From contig NC_043009.1 of the NCBI RefSeq assembly GCF_006345805.1, forward strand, positions 50,778,001 through 50,842,000: a stretch of 64,000 bases of DNA. Reading direction: 5' to 3'. Below are positions 25,894 to 38,359 of this stretch, in pieces. The notes beneath the pieces were generated by a model. It made no database searches. It saw nothing but the letters and a program-made list of their open reading frames with translations, and had not been told where the DNA came from. The stretch comes from Octopus sinensis. Taxonomy: Eukaryota. The stretch's first letter is position 1; each line of letters starts with the position of its first letter. Both the position numbers and the translations under genes were made by a program.

Positions 25894-26194
25894 TTGATTG
25901 ATTGATTCTAGTTTCAGCTTATGAGCTGTGGCCATGCGGGGCACCGCCATTTGGTGTTGCTACTTGGTTTCACTTCATGGAGGCTTTCTAGCAACTGCTA
26001 TTTGGTGCATGAGAGAGTTCGATGCAGCTGCCCTCATCTGCCCCTCCTGCCGTGAAGTTGGTTCATCTGGGACACCTGACAGGAAGAGATCCAGCTCCAT
26101 TTTAAAGACATCTGTATCCACCCCATGCAGGTCTCTCAGGTTCATCGGGAGGATATTGAAGAGCTGTGGGCCTCGGAAGCCCAGGCTATCACAG
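25894..26194 (-). mobile_element. 5'-truncated LINE (CR1/L2-like) 3' end
   Basis: Open frame 26193-25975 encodes CDSLGFRGPQLFNILPMNLRDLHGVDTDVFKMELDLFLSGVPDEP..RAAASNSL..*, a typical LINE ORF2 C-terminus, followed by a 3' UTR hairpin and an (ATCA)n tail. Confidence 0.8.
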
Positions 26195-26677
26195 AATTAT
26201 ATATATATATATAATTATATATATATATAATTATATATAATTATATATATAATATATATATATAATTTATACTAACGTTTACTAAGGAATATTTGCATAG
26301 ATTTTAGCTCACTTAATTATTACCAAAATCATGGATAAGCGTCAACCAATTGTGTGTGCGCATGTGTACATGTTAATATAGCTCGCTAGCAGAATCGCTG
26401 GTGCGTCTGAAAGCGTGATTTGTTGTATATATTCCGAGTCTTTACGTTCTGAATTCAAATCCCTATGTAATCAATTTCGCTTTTCATTCTCTCGTGTTCA
26501 ATAAAATAAAGTACCAGTTAAGTACTGGTATCGCTGATGTCAACTAAACTTCATCTCTCTCTCAAAAAAAAAAAAACAAAATAAACTTGTCAGCGAGAGT
26601 AAATTATTAGAGGCTGAAATTTCCTTGAACCGTTACCCAGAATTTTGCCTTTAAACGATTGACGGTTAATAGGGTAA

Positions 26678-26910
26678 GGCGGCGAGCTGGCAGAAACGTT
26701 AGCACGCCGGGCGAATGCGTAGCCGTATTTCGTCTGCCGTTACGTTCTGAGTTCAAATTCCGCCGAGGTTGACTTTGCCTTTCATCCTTTCGGGGTCGAT
26801 AAATTAAGTACCAGTTACGCACTGGAGTCGATGTAATCGACTTAATCTGTTCGTCTGTCCTTGTTCGTCTGTCTTCTATGTTTAGCCCCTTGTGGGCAAT
26901 AAAGAAATAG
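26678..26910 (+). mobile_element. tRNA-derived SINE family C (Nin/Deu-like central domain)
   Basis: Head GGCGGCGAGCTGGCAGAAACGTTAGC..GTTCAAATTCC; body GCCTTTCATCCTTTCGGGGTCGATAAATTAAGTACCAG, which resembles the Deu/Nin domain (from memory). Confidence 0.85.
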
Positions 26911-27471
26911 ATATACTGCTTGTTAATGAGTCAGTATAATGAGAAATATGGTTAAAGGATTTCGTGTTGAAAGGCAAGTGTGGCATCCTCTAACTAATAT
27001 CATTAACTAAGTTTTTAAGAATGATTTAGAAAATAGTTAGAATTTATATAAATATACTGCAATATCCTCCTTAGGTTTACTATATAGGTTTGGACTGTTT
27101 TTGTTTGTTTGTTTGTTTGTTTGTTTTTTACTAATCCTTAGATACAGAGTTATATCTAAGAAATTAACTATACTTAGATTGAGATCGTCTTTGATCTTTA
27201 AGTCTAACTCTGGATACGTTGACAAGCTCCTTCCGAAGAGCATCCGTTGGGTGGCTATTTATGCTTCGGAAAATGATTGGTCTATGATCAGGAATGGAGA
27301 CAGAAATCTGCAAAGTGGATTTTCTTCCGATGTAAGCCTAAAGTGTGCAATCATATCAATTCACAAACCTTAGTCCTATCGTGATACTTTGAAAGAGAAA
27401 ATACAACATTACATACAAAACACCAATAAATATTTAAAACGTGCGAGTGCGTGTATATGTATGTATGTATG

Positions 27472-27535
<64 letters not shown>

Positions 27536-27584
27536 GTATATATATATATGTATATGTATATATAGATATATATATATATATTAT

Positions 27585-27615
<31 letters not shown>

Positions 27616-27870
27616 GTATATATATATATGTATATATATATATGTTATATATGTTATATATATATGTATATATATATATATATATATGTATATATTATAT
27701 GTATATATATATATGTATATATAATATATATATTATATGTATATATATATATGTATATTATATATATGTATATATATATATGTATATATATTATATATGT
27801 ATATATATATGTATATATATATATGTATATATTATATATGTATATATATATATATTATATATATACATGT

Positions 27871-28137
27871 GTGGAGGCGCAATGGCTCAGCGGACTCGCG
27901 GTTGTAGGACCGGGCGTTGTGAGTGTTTATTGAGCGAAAACACCTAAAGCTCCACGAGGCTCCGGCAGGGGGTGGTGGCGACCCCTGCTGTACTCTTTCG
28001 CCACAACTTTCTCTCACTCTTTCCTCTGTTGGCTTGCGGGGTGGCGTCATTTGAAGGCTAAAACAATGCGAAGCGCATTGTGGCCAGCGATGTGTAGCAA
28101 CATCTGATAGCCTGGTCGGTCACGGTGATCACGGTGA
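27871..28137 (+). mobile_element. SINE A' (family A head/body + alternative tail D)
   Basis: Family A 5' half with internal deletions, then GCGGGGTGGCGTCATTTGAAGG...CGGTCACGGTGA and (TA)n. Confidence 0.85.
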
Positions 28138-28218
28138 TATATATATATATATTATATATATATATATATATAAAGAGAAAGAGAGAGAGAGCCAGAACGA
28201 TAGATAGATATATATATA

Positions 28219-28441
28219 CGACGGTGGGAGGGTGCGGAAAAGTTCCTGACTTTGGGTAAAAAGATATACAGGAGTATCAGCTAATTAAGATTTTATTCAA
28301 CATATTCCCGTTTCAAATTCACACACTTATTGCAGTGCTCCTTCAGTTTTTCTAAGCCATGAAAAAGAACCAAGAACGTTGTGACTCCAGCCAAGCTTTA
28401 CGCGACACCCTTGCAGTCAGGAGCGTTTCAGCAGCCCTTCG
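28219..28441. mobile_element. Tc1/mariner-type MITE
   Basis: Imperfect TIRs CG..AGGGTGCGGAAAAGTTCCTGACT / AGTCAGGAGCGTTTCAGCAGCCCTTCG, flanked by TA. Confidence 0.7.
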
Positions 28442-28753
28442 TATATATTTACGTTTTTAACTATTTATATATATTTATTCATATTTATAGATATATATGC
28501 ATGTACGTATGTATGCTTCTAAACACGTGATGAATTATTCATATGGTTGGGCTAACAAAGGTTACGTAATAGTATTTACTAGAAACAGTGACGTTATGAA
28601 ATAACTTTTTTCACTATCAAACTATTGCAAAAATATTTTGGCTTCTTTATTACAAAATATATAAGTAGATACAATACTTTAAACTAAATGTACTTATGTC
28701 TGGATTAAAACTGATGTCCAACTATTAGTTACCCGAAATTTCAGAGGTATAGC

Positions 28754-28795
<42 letters not shown>

Positions 28796-28806
28796 CATAT
28801 ATATAT

Positions 28807-28998
28807 CACGTGACCGACCAGACCATCAGAAGAAAGAGTGAGAGAAAGAGTGGTGAAAGAGTGCAGCAGGGATCACCACCCCCTGCCGGAGCATCGTGGA
28901 GCTTTTAGGTGTTTTTGCTCAATAAACACTCACAATCGAAACCGCGATCCTACGACCGCGAGTCCGCTGCCCTAACCACTGGGCCATTGCGCCTCCAC
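28807..28998 (-). mobile_element. SINE A', internally deleted
   Basis: Family A head plus the last ~25 nt of tail D, ending at (TA)n. Confidence 0.8.
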
Positions 28999-30844
28999 AC
29001 ACACACACATATATATAATTTAATATTACACACACACTCATTATATATATATATATATATATTTATATTTTTATAGGAATGCGTATGCGTAGTTATGTAC
29101 AAAGAATTTTTCTCGTCATTTTGATTCTTTTGTCAAAATTCGAGTTGATTTTATCATATTTTAATATTTTTCTTAAATAAGGAGGTAGGCTGCAGGCTAA
29201 AAGTAGTTGGACAACAATAATATAAAATGAACTTTGTATAAGAAAACTTACACTAACCAAAATAGAGTATTATTAATACTTTAAAAAGATACTACTCAAA
29301 AGATTTCCTCTAATTACCTACCATTCAATCATCGAACAAAACGGCGAGTAGGGTTTCACTTTGGCTCTTTAAGAGTTCAAACCCACTCAGTTCGGCTTTG
29401 TAGAGTTCATAAAATTATCAAACACGAGTAACCCCCTTCCCTAAAAATTTCTAGACTTGTGTGCCAATATTGAAAATTATTAGGGCCATGGATTATCAGA
29501 ATCATCAGAGCATGCCTCGAGGTATTTGCTCTGGTTCTTTACGTTCTGAGTTCAAATCCCGCAGGGAACAATTTGACCATCTATCCTTATAGTATTTACA
29601 AAATAAAGTACTAGTAAAGTATTGGAGTTGATTTAATAGACTAATCCCTGTCCCTCAAAATTTCTGGCCTTGTGCCTAACTTAGAAAAAAGGATTATTAT
29701 TTTATTGTTGTTGTTGTTTGTGGTGATGGTGGTATTGTCAATCTTCATTCGTTCTTAGTAGTTTTGAATTACAATTTAAGAAATACCCTGTATCATGCTT
29801 CAGTTTTCATTCAGTTCACTCGTCACCGGAAATGGATTTTGATGGGACTAGATGTTCTGGGAATGTTATGACAGTCACTAGCGTCCCGTCCAGGTGCGAA
29901 TGGATATTGTTTCTCGTGTCAAGTTAATGCTACATAAATCGAAGTCATGGTATAAAGATTCCAGATGTCGTGGAGAATATTAACTTATACCTGAATTCGT
30001 TTTATACTTACTTCTAACTGAAACCAAATAATCGAAACTTATATGACAATATAATTTCGTTTAAGTTACGGGATCATGAACAAACCAACAACGGTTTACA
30101 AGTGGTAAGAGTTAAACACAGAGTCACACTCATACATATACACAGCACGCTGGTCGATCCGGGGCTATAATAGAAGAAATTTGCTCAAAATACATCACAC
30201 TGGGATTGAACGCGAAACCAAGTGACTGTGAAGTAAATTCTTCTTAAGAGATGTTCAGAATTATTTAGTTATGTAACAATCGATTATTGCCTCAAAATCT
30301 CTTCCATGGTACAGAACTGAATAGTTTGACGCTATAGAAGAAAACCAAATTGCTTGTACTATGGTGGAAGCTTTGCTGACACTGGTTCAGTAGATCCTTG
30401 TTCTGGGTTCCAATCCCACTGAAGTCAAAATCGACTTTTGTATAATTGGAGTCAATAAATAAGTAATATTTTATATTGAGATTAAACTAAGCCGTTTACT
30501 TACAAGTGAGAGGCCTTGTGTTTAAGTTAGGCTTCAAGACAGTGTTTAACGTATAAGCTAGCTATTACACACCTACACACATCATCTAAGCTTACATAAT
30601 ATACGAGTGTTTATCTATCAAATATTCCAATAATCCAAATAAGAATGTGCCATTTGCCAATAATATATTTATGACAATGTCTATCGTGAAAACCAATAAT
30701 GATATATTTATGAATGTTTATAGCATTGGCAAATAATATATACAGTAGAAGTCGCTTATTATAACCACGGATAATGTTATCAACTAGTAGTTGATGCTAT
30801 AGAAAAGTAATTTGTCACCACAATGAGCGATTCTCCTCCTCTCC

Positions 30845-31035
30845 GACCGCGTGTGTACCGTTGGCGATTTTTTTTCCTCCGTCTTCCCTTCTTTGGATCT
30901 TTCCTTTTCCTATGTTTCTGACGAAGAGCCCCGCTCGAAACGTTAAGCCATCCTTCTTTCCTTCTTTCCTGAGCGTCCAATAACACTATACTTGTTCCAC
31001 GTCCTCGCGTTGTTGTGTTTTCATGTTTGGATTAA

Positions 31036-31036
<1 letters not shown>
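30845..31036 (+). mobile_element. HHR mini-element, family E (best-preserved ribozyme)
   Basis: GTTT-CTGACGA-A-GAGC-CCC-GCTC-GAAA-CGTT-AAGC at 30914-30948; 3' end abuts (TA)n. Confidence 0.85.
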
Positions 31037-31086
<50 letters not shown>

Positions 31087-31424
31087 GATAGATAGATATT
31101 GGTTAACTTGTTTCAGTTATTGGACTGCGGTAATGTCAGGGAACTTTCTTGAAAGATATTCCACTGGCCAAATTGAACCTAGTGCTTATTTTAGCGATCT
31201 TCTTCGTCGAACTGCTACGTTACGGAAAGGTAAACAAACCAGTACCTCGATAGACCGGTTGGAAAGCGATGAGATACAGACAGAACGTCACACTCACACA
31301 TACACACAAGCTGCTACTCGATAAGAAGTTATAATAGAATAAACTTGCCCAAGGTGCCACGCAGTAGGACTGAAACGATGTGATTGTGCAACAAACTTTT
31401 GCTAACACAGCCAAACCAGCGCCC

Positions 31425-31467
<43 letters not shown>

Positions 31468-32170
31468 CACACATATTAGACAATGCAAAACTCTTACAAT
31501 GCAAAAAAAAAATCTAGCAGAAAACTCTAGAGTTAAGAACATAAAAAAGATCTTTATATAATATGTAGCGGGTGAGCATATCACATGCTTAGTTATCAGT
31601 GGATAGTAATTAATCATAATCTTCGGATACAAGTGAAAGAAATAAATTTTGAAAAAAAGGAAAACGAAATCACACCAATCTATAGCTTATCTCAGGATAT
31701 CACCTCATCTTTTGGATAAATTCACGTCTCGATAGACACGTTGCTGCTAGTAACTACTACTGTTAGAACTTTGTTTCAGATTTATCTTGCATCTTATTTT
31801 CTTTTTTTTTTTCTTTCTTTCCTATTTACTATGCACTTGTGTGCACAAGTATCTGTGTATGTCTATGCCTATGCATGTGTGTGCATGCGCATAGGTGCGT
31901 ACTTGTAGAGCCAGTAATTATCTCTTCGGAATATTCCTATCATCGTACACATTATTACACATTTTTCATCGAAGCAAGCTAGCCAACGTATGCGCACGCA
32001 ACCACAGGCACACACATAAGTAGACTCACGCGCGCGCGCACACACACACACACACAGACAGACACACGTACAGATTGCACACATCTGCTATCGACTCTAT
32101 GAAATCGAATCTAGCATCTTTAAGACGTGATCAGTCAGAATAGCGGAGAGAATACATCTACCTATCTATC

Positions 32171-32207
<37 letters not shown>

Positions 32208-32484
32208 AGGTGATGAAAACAAGAGCACATGAAATAGCATTGGCAATAATAACAAAATATAACAATGAATGAACAAGACAATAAAACTGATTGACACGAA
32301 AGGTTTACACAGTTGCCAAAGAACCATATAAACACACACACACACACACACACGAAAATTGGATAATTACTGTACAAATGCATCGATAGAAGAACCTTAC
32401 TAGAGAACCAACAAAGAAATATATATATATATGTGTGTCTGTATGTAGGTATATGTATGTATATATATACATATATATATATAT

Positions 32485-32687
32485 GCGCAATGGCCTAGTG
32501 GTTAGGGCAGCGGACTCGCGGTCGCAGGATCGCGGTTTCGATTCTCAGACCGGGCGTTGTGTGTGTTTATTGAGCGAAAACACCTAAAAGCTCTACGAGG
32601 CTCCGGCAGGGGGTGGTGATCCCTGCTGTACTCTTTCACCACAATGGCGGTGCCCCAGCATGGCCACAGCTCAAGAGCTGAAACTGG
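32485..32687 (+). mobile_element. SINE A 5' half joined to a LINE-type 3' tail
   Basis: Family A sequence to ...CACCACAA, then TGGCGGTGCCCCAGCATGGCCACAGCTCAAGAGCTGAAAC, matching the LINE 3' end at 25.9 kb. Confidence 0.75.
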
Positions 32688-33157
32688 AAAAACAAAACAA
32701 AAACAAAAAATATATATATATATATATATATATTATTATATATATATATATATGTATGTTTGTATGTATGTACGTATATATGTATGTATTTTTGTATATG
32801 AGGATATAAGTAGTCTATCAATATTTAACGAATGAGCACGTAAAAGAAAAACAACAACAAAAAACTGAAAATAAACAAAAAAAAACATACTCATATACAA
32901 CAACAGCAGCAACCAAAAACAAAAAAAAACAAAAAAAAATAGACGGAAAACAAAAAAAAAAAATGAAATAAATGTTGCGAAGTGGAATCATAATCCAAAT
33001 AAACAACAGACTTTATCGATCACCAATTGTACAATAGCAGAAGAATAATTTAATATTTATCGACGTAATTGTGTGTGCGGCGCCACTCCATAATTTTCCT
33101 CCACGCATACGTTTGTCTTTGACTATTACAAATCACCATTTGAATATATCTATCTAT

Positions 33158-33226
<69 letters not shown>

Positions 33227-33538
33227 GACACGTATACATATATATATATATACATACATACCTACGTACGTATATATGTATGAATGTACACACGCAAACA
33301 CTACTCTGTTCTTATAAACAAATAAATATCACTTCAGCCAGTCCATCAACCAAATGTAAACGGTACTGTAATAGCTGTGGGAATATCGATTTGTATATGC
33401 GTGTATATGTATATAAACATGTATATGTTCATGCACACATATACGTCTTTATATTCATATTCCACTATACATACATACGCACATACGTATGTGTGCATGT
33501 ATGCATACGCTCAAAAGTATTTATATAAAAGTGTGTAT

Positions 33539-33688
33539 ACCGCCGTGTGTATACACGGTTGTTTAACTGTAGGAAATAGCAACCAAATTTCCCTCGAACA
33601 TAACCTACTATCACACCGCCGTGTGTATACACGGTTGTTTAACTGTAGGAAATAGCAACCAAATTTCCCTCGAACATAACCTACTATC
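33539..33688. repeat. Tandem duplication, 2 x ~76 bp
   Basis: ACCGCCGTGTGTATACACGG...CCTACTATC occurs twice. Confidence 0.9.
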
Positions 33689-34765
33689 TTACACAAGAGA
33701 GAATATTCCGTAGTTCTAAATATACTATTTCTGGCCAGATGGTCTCAAAAGTTTTTTCTTTAATCATAGGTCACCTTCATAAAAACTGCTGACCGGGTCC
33801 CAAACAACTTTAGGTTGGCATTTTTGAAATATTTTAGTCTTCAACTTTTTATTTATTTATTTAATTTAATTTTTAGTCCGGATAAAAGGCATGACTCGTT
33901 ATAGGGCATCCAAGTCTAGTGGACAGGAGGGGTCATATCCTCTAACTGGAAGTCTGGCCCGAATGCTTACAACAGACGGAACTCCGCTAAAGGCACTCAA
34001 TGTGTCAGGTGGTGGTAATAAACCGGGAAATGGATTAAATCTACTATCCAAGTAAGCCACAACAGGATTTGAACTCAAAACGCAAGCACCCAGAATAAAT
34101 ACCGCAAGACATCCTATCCGACGTTCTTAACAATTCTGCCAATCTGTCTTCATCGACATTGAAAGGATAGAAGTCTAAGTTGACTTCGATGGGATTTGAA
34201 CTCAGAGTGCTGCGAGTCAGAACAAATACTGCAAAATTTCTGTTTGACCCTTTAACGATTCTGCCAATTCGCCGATTGAGCAAGGGAGGCTTACTATATA
34301 GGATTTGATATAGAGAAATCCTGAAAGTCATCCGATAATATGCAGGACAGCTTGACCATAACAGGCACGGAGCAAATAAATGTCTAAAATTCCTCACAGA
34401 AAATAAATAAATAAATAAATAAATAGAAAAGAAAAGAAAAACTGCCTTAGCCAAAGCTTCTTCTGAAAGGGATTTCGAGTGTCTGTGAGTGACTTCGTCT
34501 CACGATAATCTGTATACAAGGTTAAAACCAATGATTATTTCTAAGAAAAACAAGGAAACGATACAGCAAATTCTAACATGTATTCGTACGCTACACCATC
34601 GTCTCCACTTCCTCTGCCATGTCTGTTAAACATCTTCACTTTCAGCACTCCCACTCTGATTCTATCGTTACATTATCTCAGGGTGTACATGGGTGTATAT
34701 ATGCATTGTCAGATAACGAAATTCCAGTCGTTTGGAATGGCTGTAAATATACGAACATAGCCCAC

Positions 34766-35226
34766 GTGCAATTGTAACAAGGATACACAGATACGCATAC
34801 ACACACATTGTATATACAAATATGTACAAACACACAAACACACACACATAGAATTATGTGCAATTGTAACAAGGATACACAGATACGCATACACACACAT
34901 TGTATATACAAATATGTACAAACACACACACACACACACATAGAATTATGTGCAATTGTAACAAGGATACACAGATACGCATACACACACATTGTATATA
35001 CAAATATGTACAAACACACACACACACACACATAGAATTATGTGCAATTGTAACAAGGATACACAGATACGCATACACACACATTGTATATACAAATATG
35101 TACAACACACACACACACACACATAGAATTATGTGCAATTGTAACAAGGATACACAGATACGCATACACACACATTGTATATACAAATATGTACAAACAC
35201 ACACACACACACATAGAATTATGTGC
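34766..35226. repeat. Minisatellite, 5 x ~92 bp, with an internal variable (CA)n
   Basis: Unit starts at 34766, 34858, 34950, 35042, 35133. Confidence 0.95.
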
Positions 35227-35599
35227 GCACATTTGTAAACACATCATGCACACACGTACTTTAATATAGGCTAGACCGAATGAAAGTAGGAGAGTTATGA
35301 AATTTATACAGAAGGAATTTTAGTTTGGAAATAATTGATAGAAGAAAATGTCATTCACATGACAGCCATTTTAAACAAAAAATAAATGAAATAAACTAAA
35401 TTCTAAAATTCTGAGATTTATTTATTTTAAGCGCAAAAGCAAATACAAAAATGTTATGAATATTATTATTTTTATATTTCGTAACTGTAAAATACAATTC
35501 AGGACTATGTTCAGAAAGTTTATGAACGTAAAAGAGATATATACACATTAACAACGAACATGTGGCAATGACCGCCACATGTCAATCAAAGCGACTCCA

Positions 35600-35639
<40 letters not shown>

Positions 35640-35782
35640 CTAATATTTATTCTATTGATCTCATTTCTCTTCCGAACTGTTAAAGTTACGGGAACATAAA
35701 CAAACGAACATCCGATGTTAAGCGATGAGAGACAAACACAAACACACACACATACATGCACGCCACACACACATACAATCTT

Positions 35783-35817
<35 letters not shown>

Positions 35818-36142
35818 AACATACACATATATGAGGCGGGTTTCCGCACAGTTTATGCCTACCGAATTCTTTCACAAGGCATTCATCGATCCGAACCTAT
35901 AGTTGAAAACATTCATCCAAAGTGTCTCACAGGGGGTCTGAACCCGAACTACAAGGTTGCGAAGCGAACTACATAACAATACAACACCGCCAGCGTTGAC
36001 GGTTGTGTAATCTTTCTACGAATGCTTCTCTATAATCTTTAAAGAACTAAAACTTGAGTATAATAACGACCGTATGCTTGTGGATGTATATGTATTTACG
36101 AGTCTATTCTTTCAACAGTTTCAATCACAGACTGCACCCATA

Positions 36143-36558
36143 GTATTTCTTTATTGTCCACAAGGGGCTAAACATAGAGGGGGACAAACAAGGACAGACG
36201 AACGGATTAAGTCGATTACATCGACCCCAGTGCGTAACTGGTACTTATTTAATCGACCCCGAAAGGATGAAAGGCAAAGTCGACCTCGACGGAATTTGAA
36301 CTCAGAACGTAACGACAGACGAAATACCTATTTCTTTACTACCCACAAGGGGCTAAACATAGAGGGGACAAACAAGGACAGACATAGGTATTAAGTCGAT
36401 TACATCGACCCCAGTGCGTAACAGGTACTTATTTAATCGACCCCGAAAGGATGAAAGGCAAAGTCGACCTCGGCGGAATTTGAACTCAGAACGTATCGAC
36501 AGACGAAATACCGCTTAGCACTTTGCCCGACGTGCTAACGTTTCTGCCAGCTCGCCAC
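36143..36558 (-). mobile_element. SINE family C, partial tandem (36143-36330, 36331-36558)
   Basis: Two adjacent copies; the left copy lacks the head. Confidence 0.85.
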
Positions 36559-36944
36559 CTGACTGCACCCATATTGGGGCACCGTCTACAAGGGTTTAGT
36601 CGATGATTTAGACCCCAGAAGTACTTTATCCAGGTCTGGTCCTTTTTTTTTTTTAATATAGCTTTCTTGAATTGCTAAGTTAGAGGACACAACATGACTA
36701 CAACTCAAACGGACACAGGGACAAAGACACACATATAAACATGGAAATGACACCCGTACAATATGTCGCACAGGGTATCGAACACAGAACCACGTGATTT
36801 CATGTTCTCTACATGTATTTGAAGTATCATTATTTTTATTTATTTATTGATTTATTTATGTCAGTTTTATTTTTTTCCAACAATAAACAGTTTGCTTTCA
36901 TCCGGTGATAACGTGTGAGAGTAATTTTGTTTTGAAGGAGAACA

Positions 36945-36987
<43 letters not shown>

Positions 36988-37583
36988 AGGAGGGAGAAGG
37001 AGGGGAAAAGAGAGAGAGAGTAACCAAGTCGTGCAACGATGAAATAGCAAACGACAAGTTAAGTAACTCATGCTGAAGAAATTGTCAAAATCCCAAGAGA
37101 AAGAAACTCAAAAGTAACAAGCCTAGATCGCACGCACGCACACACACACACACAGGTCTGTATAACAAACAAGGAATTTGGTATTGAAATGCTGCCAGAG
37201 TGAAACCATTTCGATTTTGCAAGAGACATTCATTAGGTAACAGTGACATTATTTTTATATTCCTGATGGTTGATGGTGTGGAAGGAAGCCGTGAAATAAA
37301 ATCTCTGGAATCTGGAAAAGTTCTAGAAAGTAAAATAGCACCGACGGGGTGAAAATAGAATGTGTTTTGAGGAGTTTTTTTTCCCCCCAAGAAATTTCCA
37401 GTTACAGAAATGGAAGTGTAAATGTTTAGTTGACTAAACATTTTCAATAATTTATAGTTATAATTATCAGGTTAAACCAAACTAACGAGAATGGGATGAT
37501 GGTATTGGTGGTGGTGGTAGCAATGGTTTACAAAGAATAATAATTTCTGTTAACAAGAATGTATGTATGTATGTATATATATA

Positions 37584-37871
37584 CCACCGTGACCGACCAG
37601 GCTATCAGATGTTGTTACACATCGCTCGCTGGTCACAATGCACTTCGCATTGTTTTAGCCTTCAAATGACGCCACCCCGCTGGTTAAGCGAGCAGGCCAA
37701 CAGAAGAAAGAGTGAGAGAAAGTTGTGGCGAAAGAGTACAGCAGGGATCGCCACCACCTCCTGCCGGAGCCTCGTGGAGAATTAGGTGTTTTCGCTCAAT
37801 AAACACTCACAACGCCCGGTCTGGGAATCGAAACCGCGATCCTACGACCTCGAATCCGCTGCCCTAACCAC
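37584..37871 (-). mobile_element. SINE A' (head A + tail D)
   Basis: Same junction as 27871-28137; tail abuts a TA tract. Confidence 0.85.
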
Positions 37872-38116
37872 GTACATACATACATACATACATACATACA
37901 TACATTCTTGTTAACAGAAATATATATATTATATATATATATATATATATATTCGATGAAGGAAATGGAAGATGGATTTGGAATTAGTCTTTATTCAGCG
38001 GAAATACACCCCGACCGTGGATGACACCAGGTAGCCCAAACTGTGAATGTGCTTTACTCTACACACTAATTGACATATATCCATTAGTCCAAAATATTAC
38101 TCACACATATATATAT

Positions 38117-38318
38117 GCAGTCAATTCAAATAGACAATTCAAATGAACGAATAATAAAATCAACAGACAACAAGAGGACATGCACAAGGAATGTATTAGC
38201 TTGACACTCGGTAAAAAGAGCTAGTTTGACGTTTCGAGCATAGCTCTTCGTCGAAAAGGAAAAAAAGGAAAAGTCCAAAGAAGGAAAAGAAATTGCAAAC
38301 AGCATGTGTGTAGTCACA
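38117..38318 (-). mobile_element. HHR mini-element, family G (diverged relative of E/F)
   Basis: Minus strand: TGTGAC start, pyrimidine tract, TCGACGA-A-GAGC-TAT-GCTC-GAAA-CGTC-AAAC at 38224-38258, CTAATAC motif, then TA tract. Confidence 0.7.
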
Positions 38319-38359
38319 CACACACACACACACAAACATTGTAATAAGCGCAGATATTT

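Noticed and set aside
34766-35226. Regularly spaced repeats resembling a CRISPR array
   Set aside because: Whole units are repeated with no unique spacers, there are no cas genes, and the context is eukaryotic.
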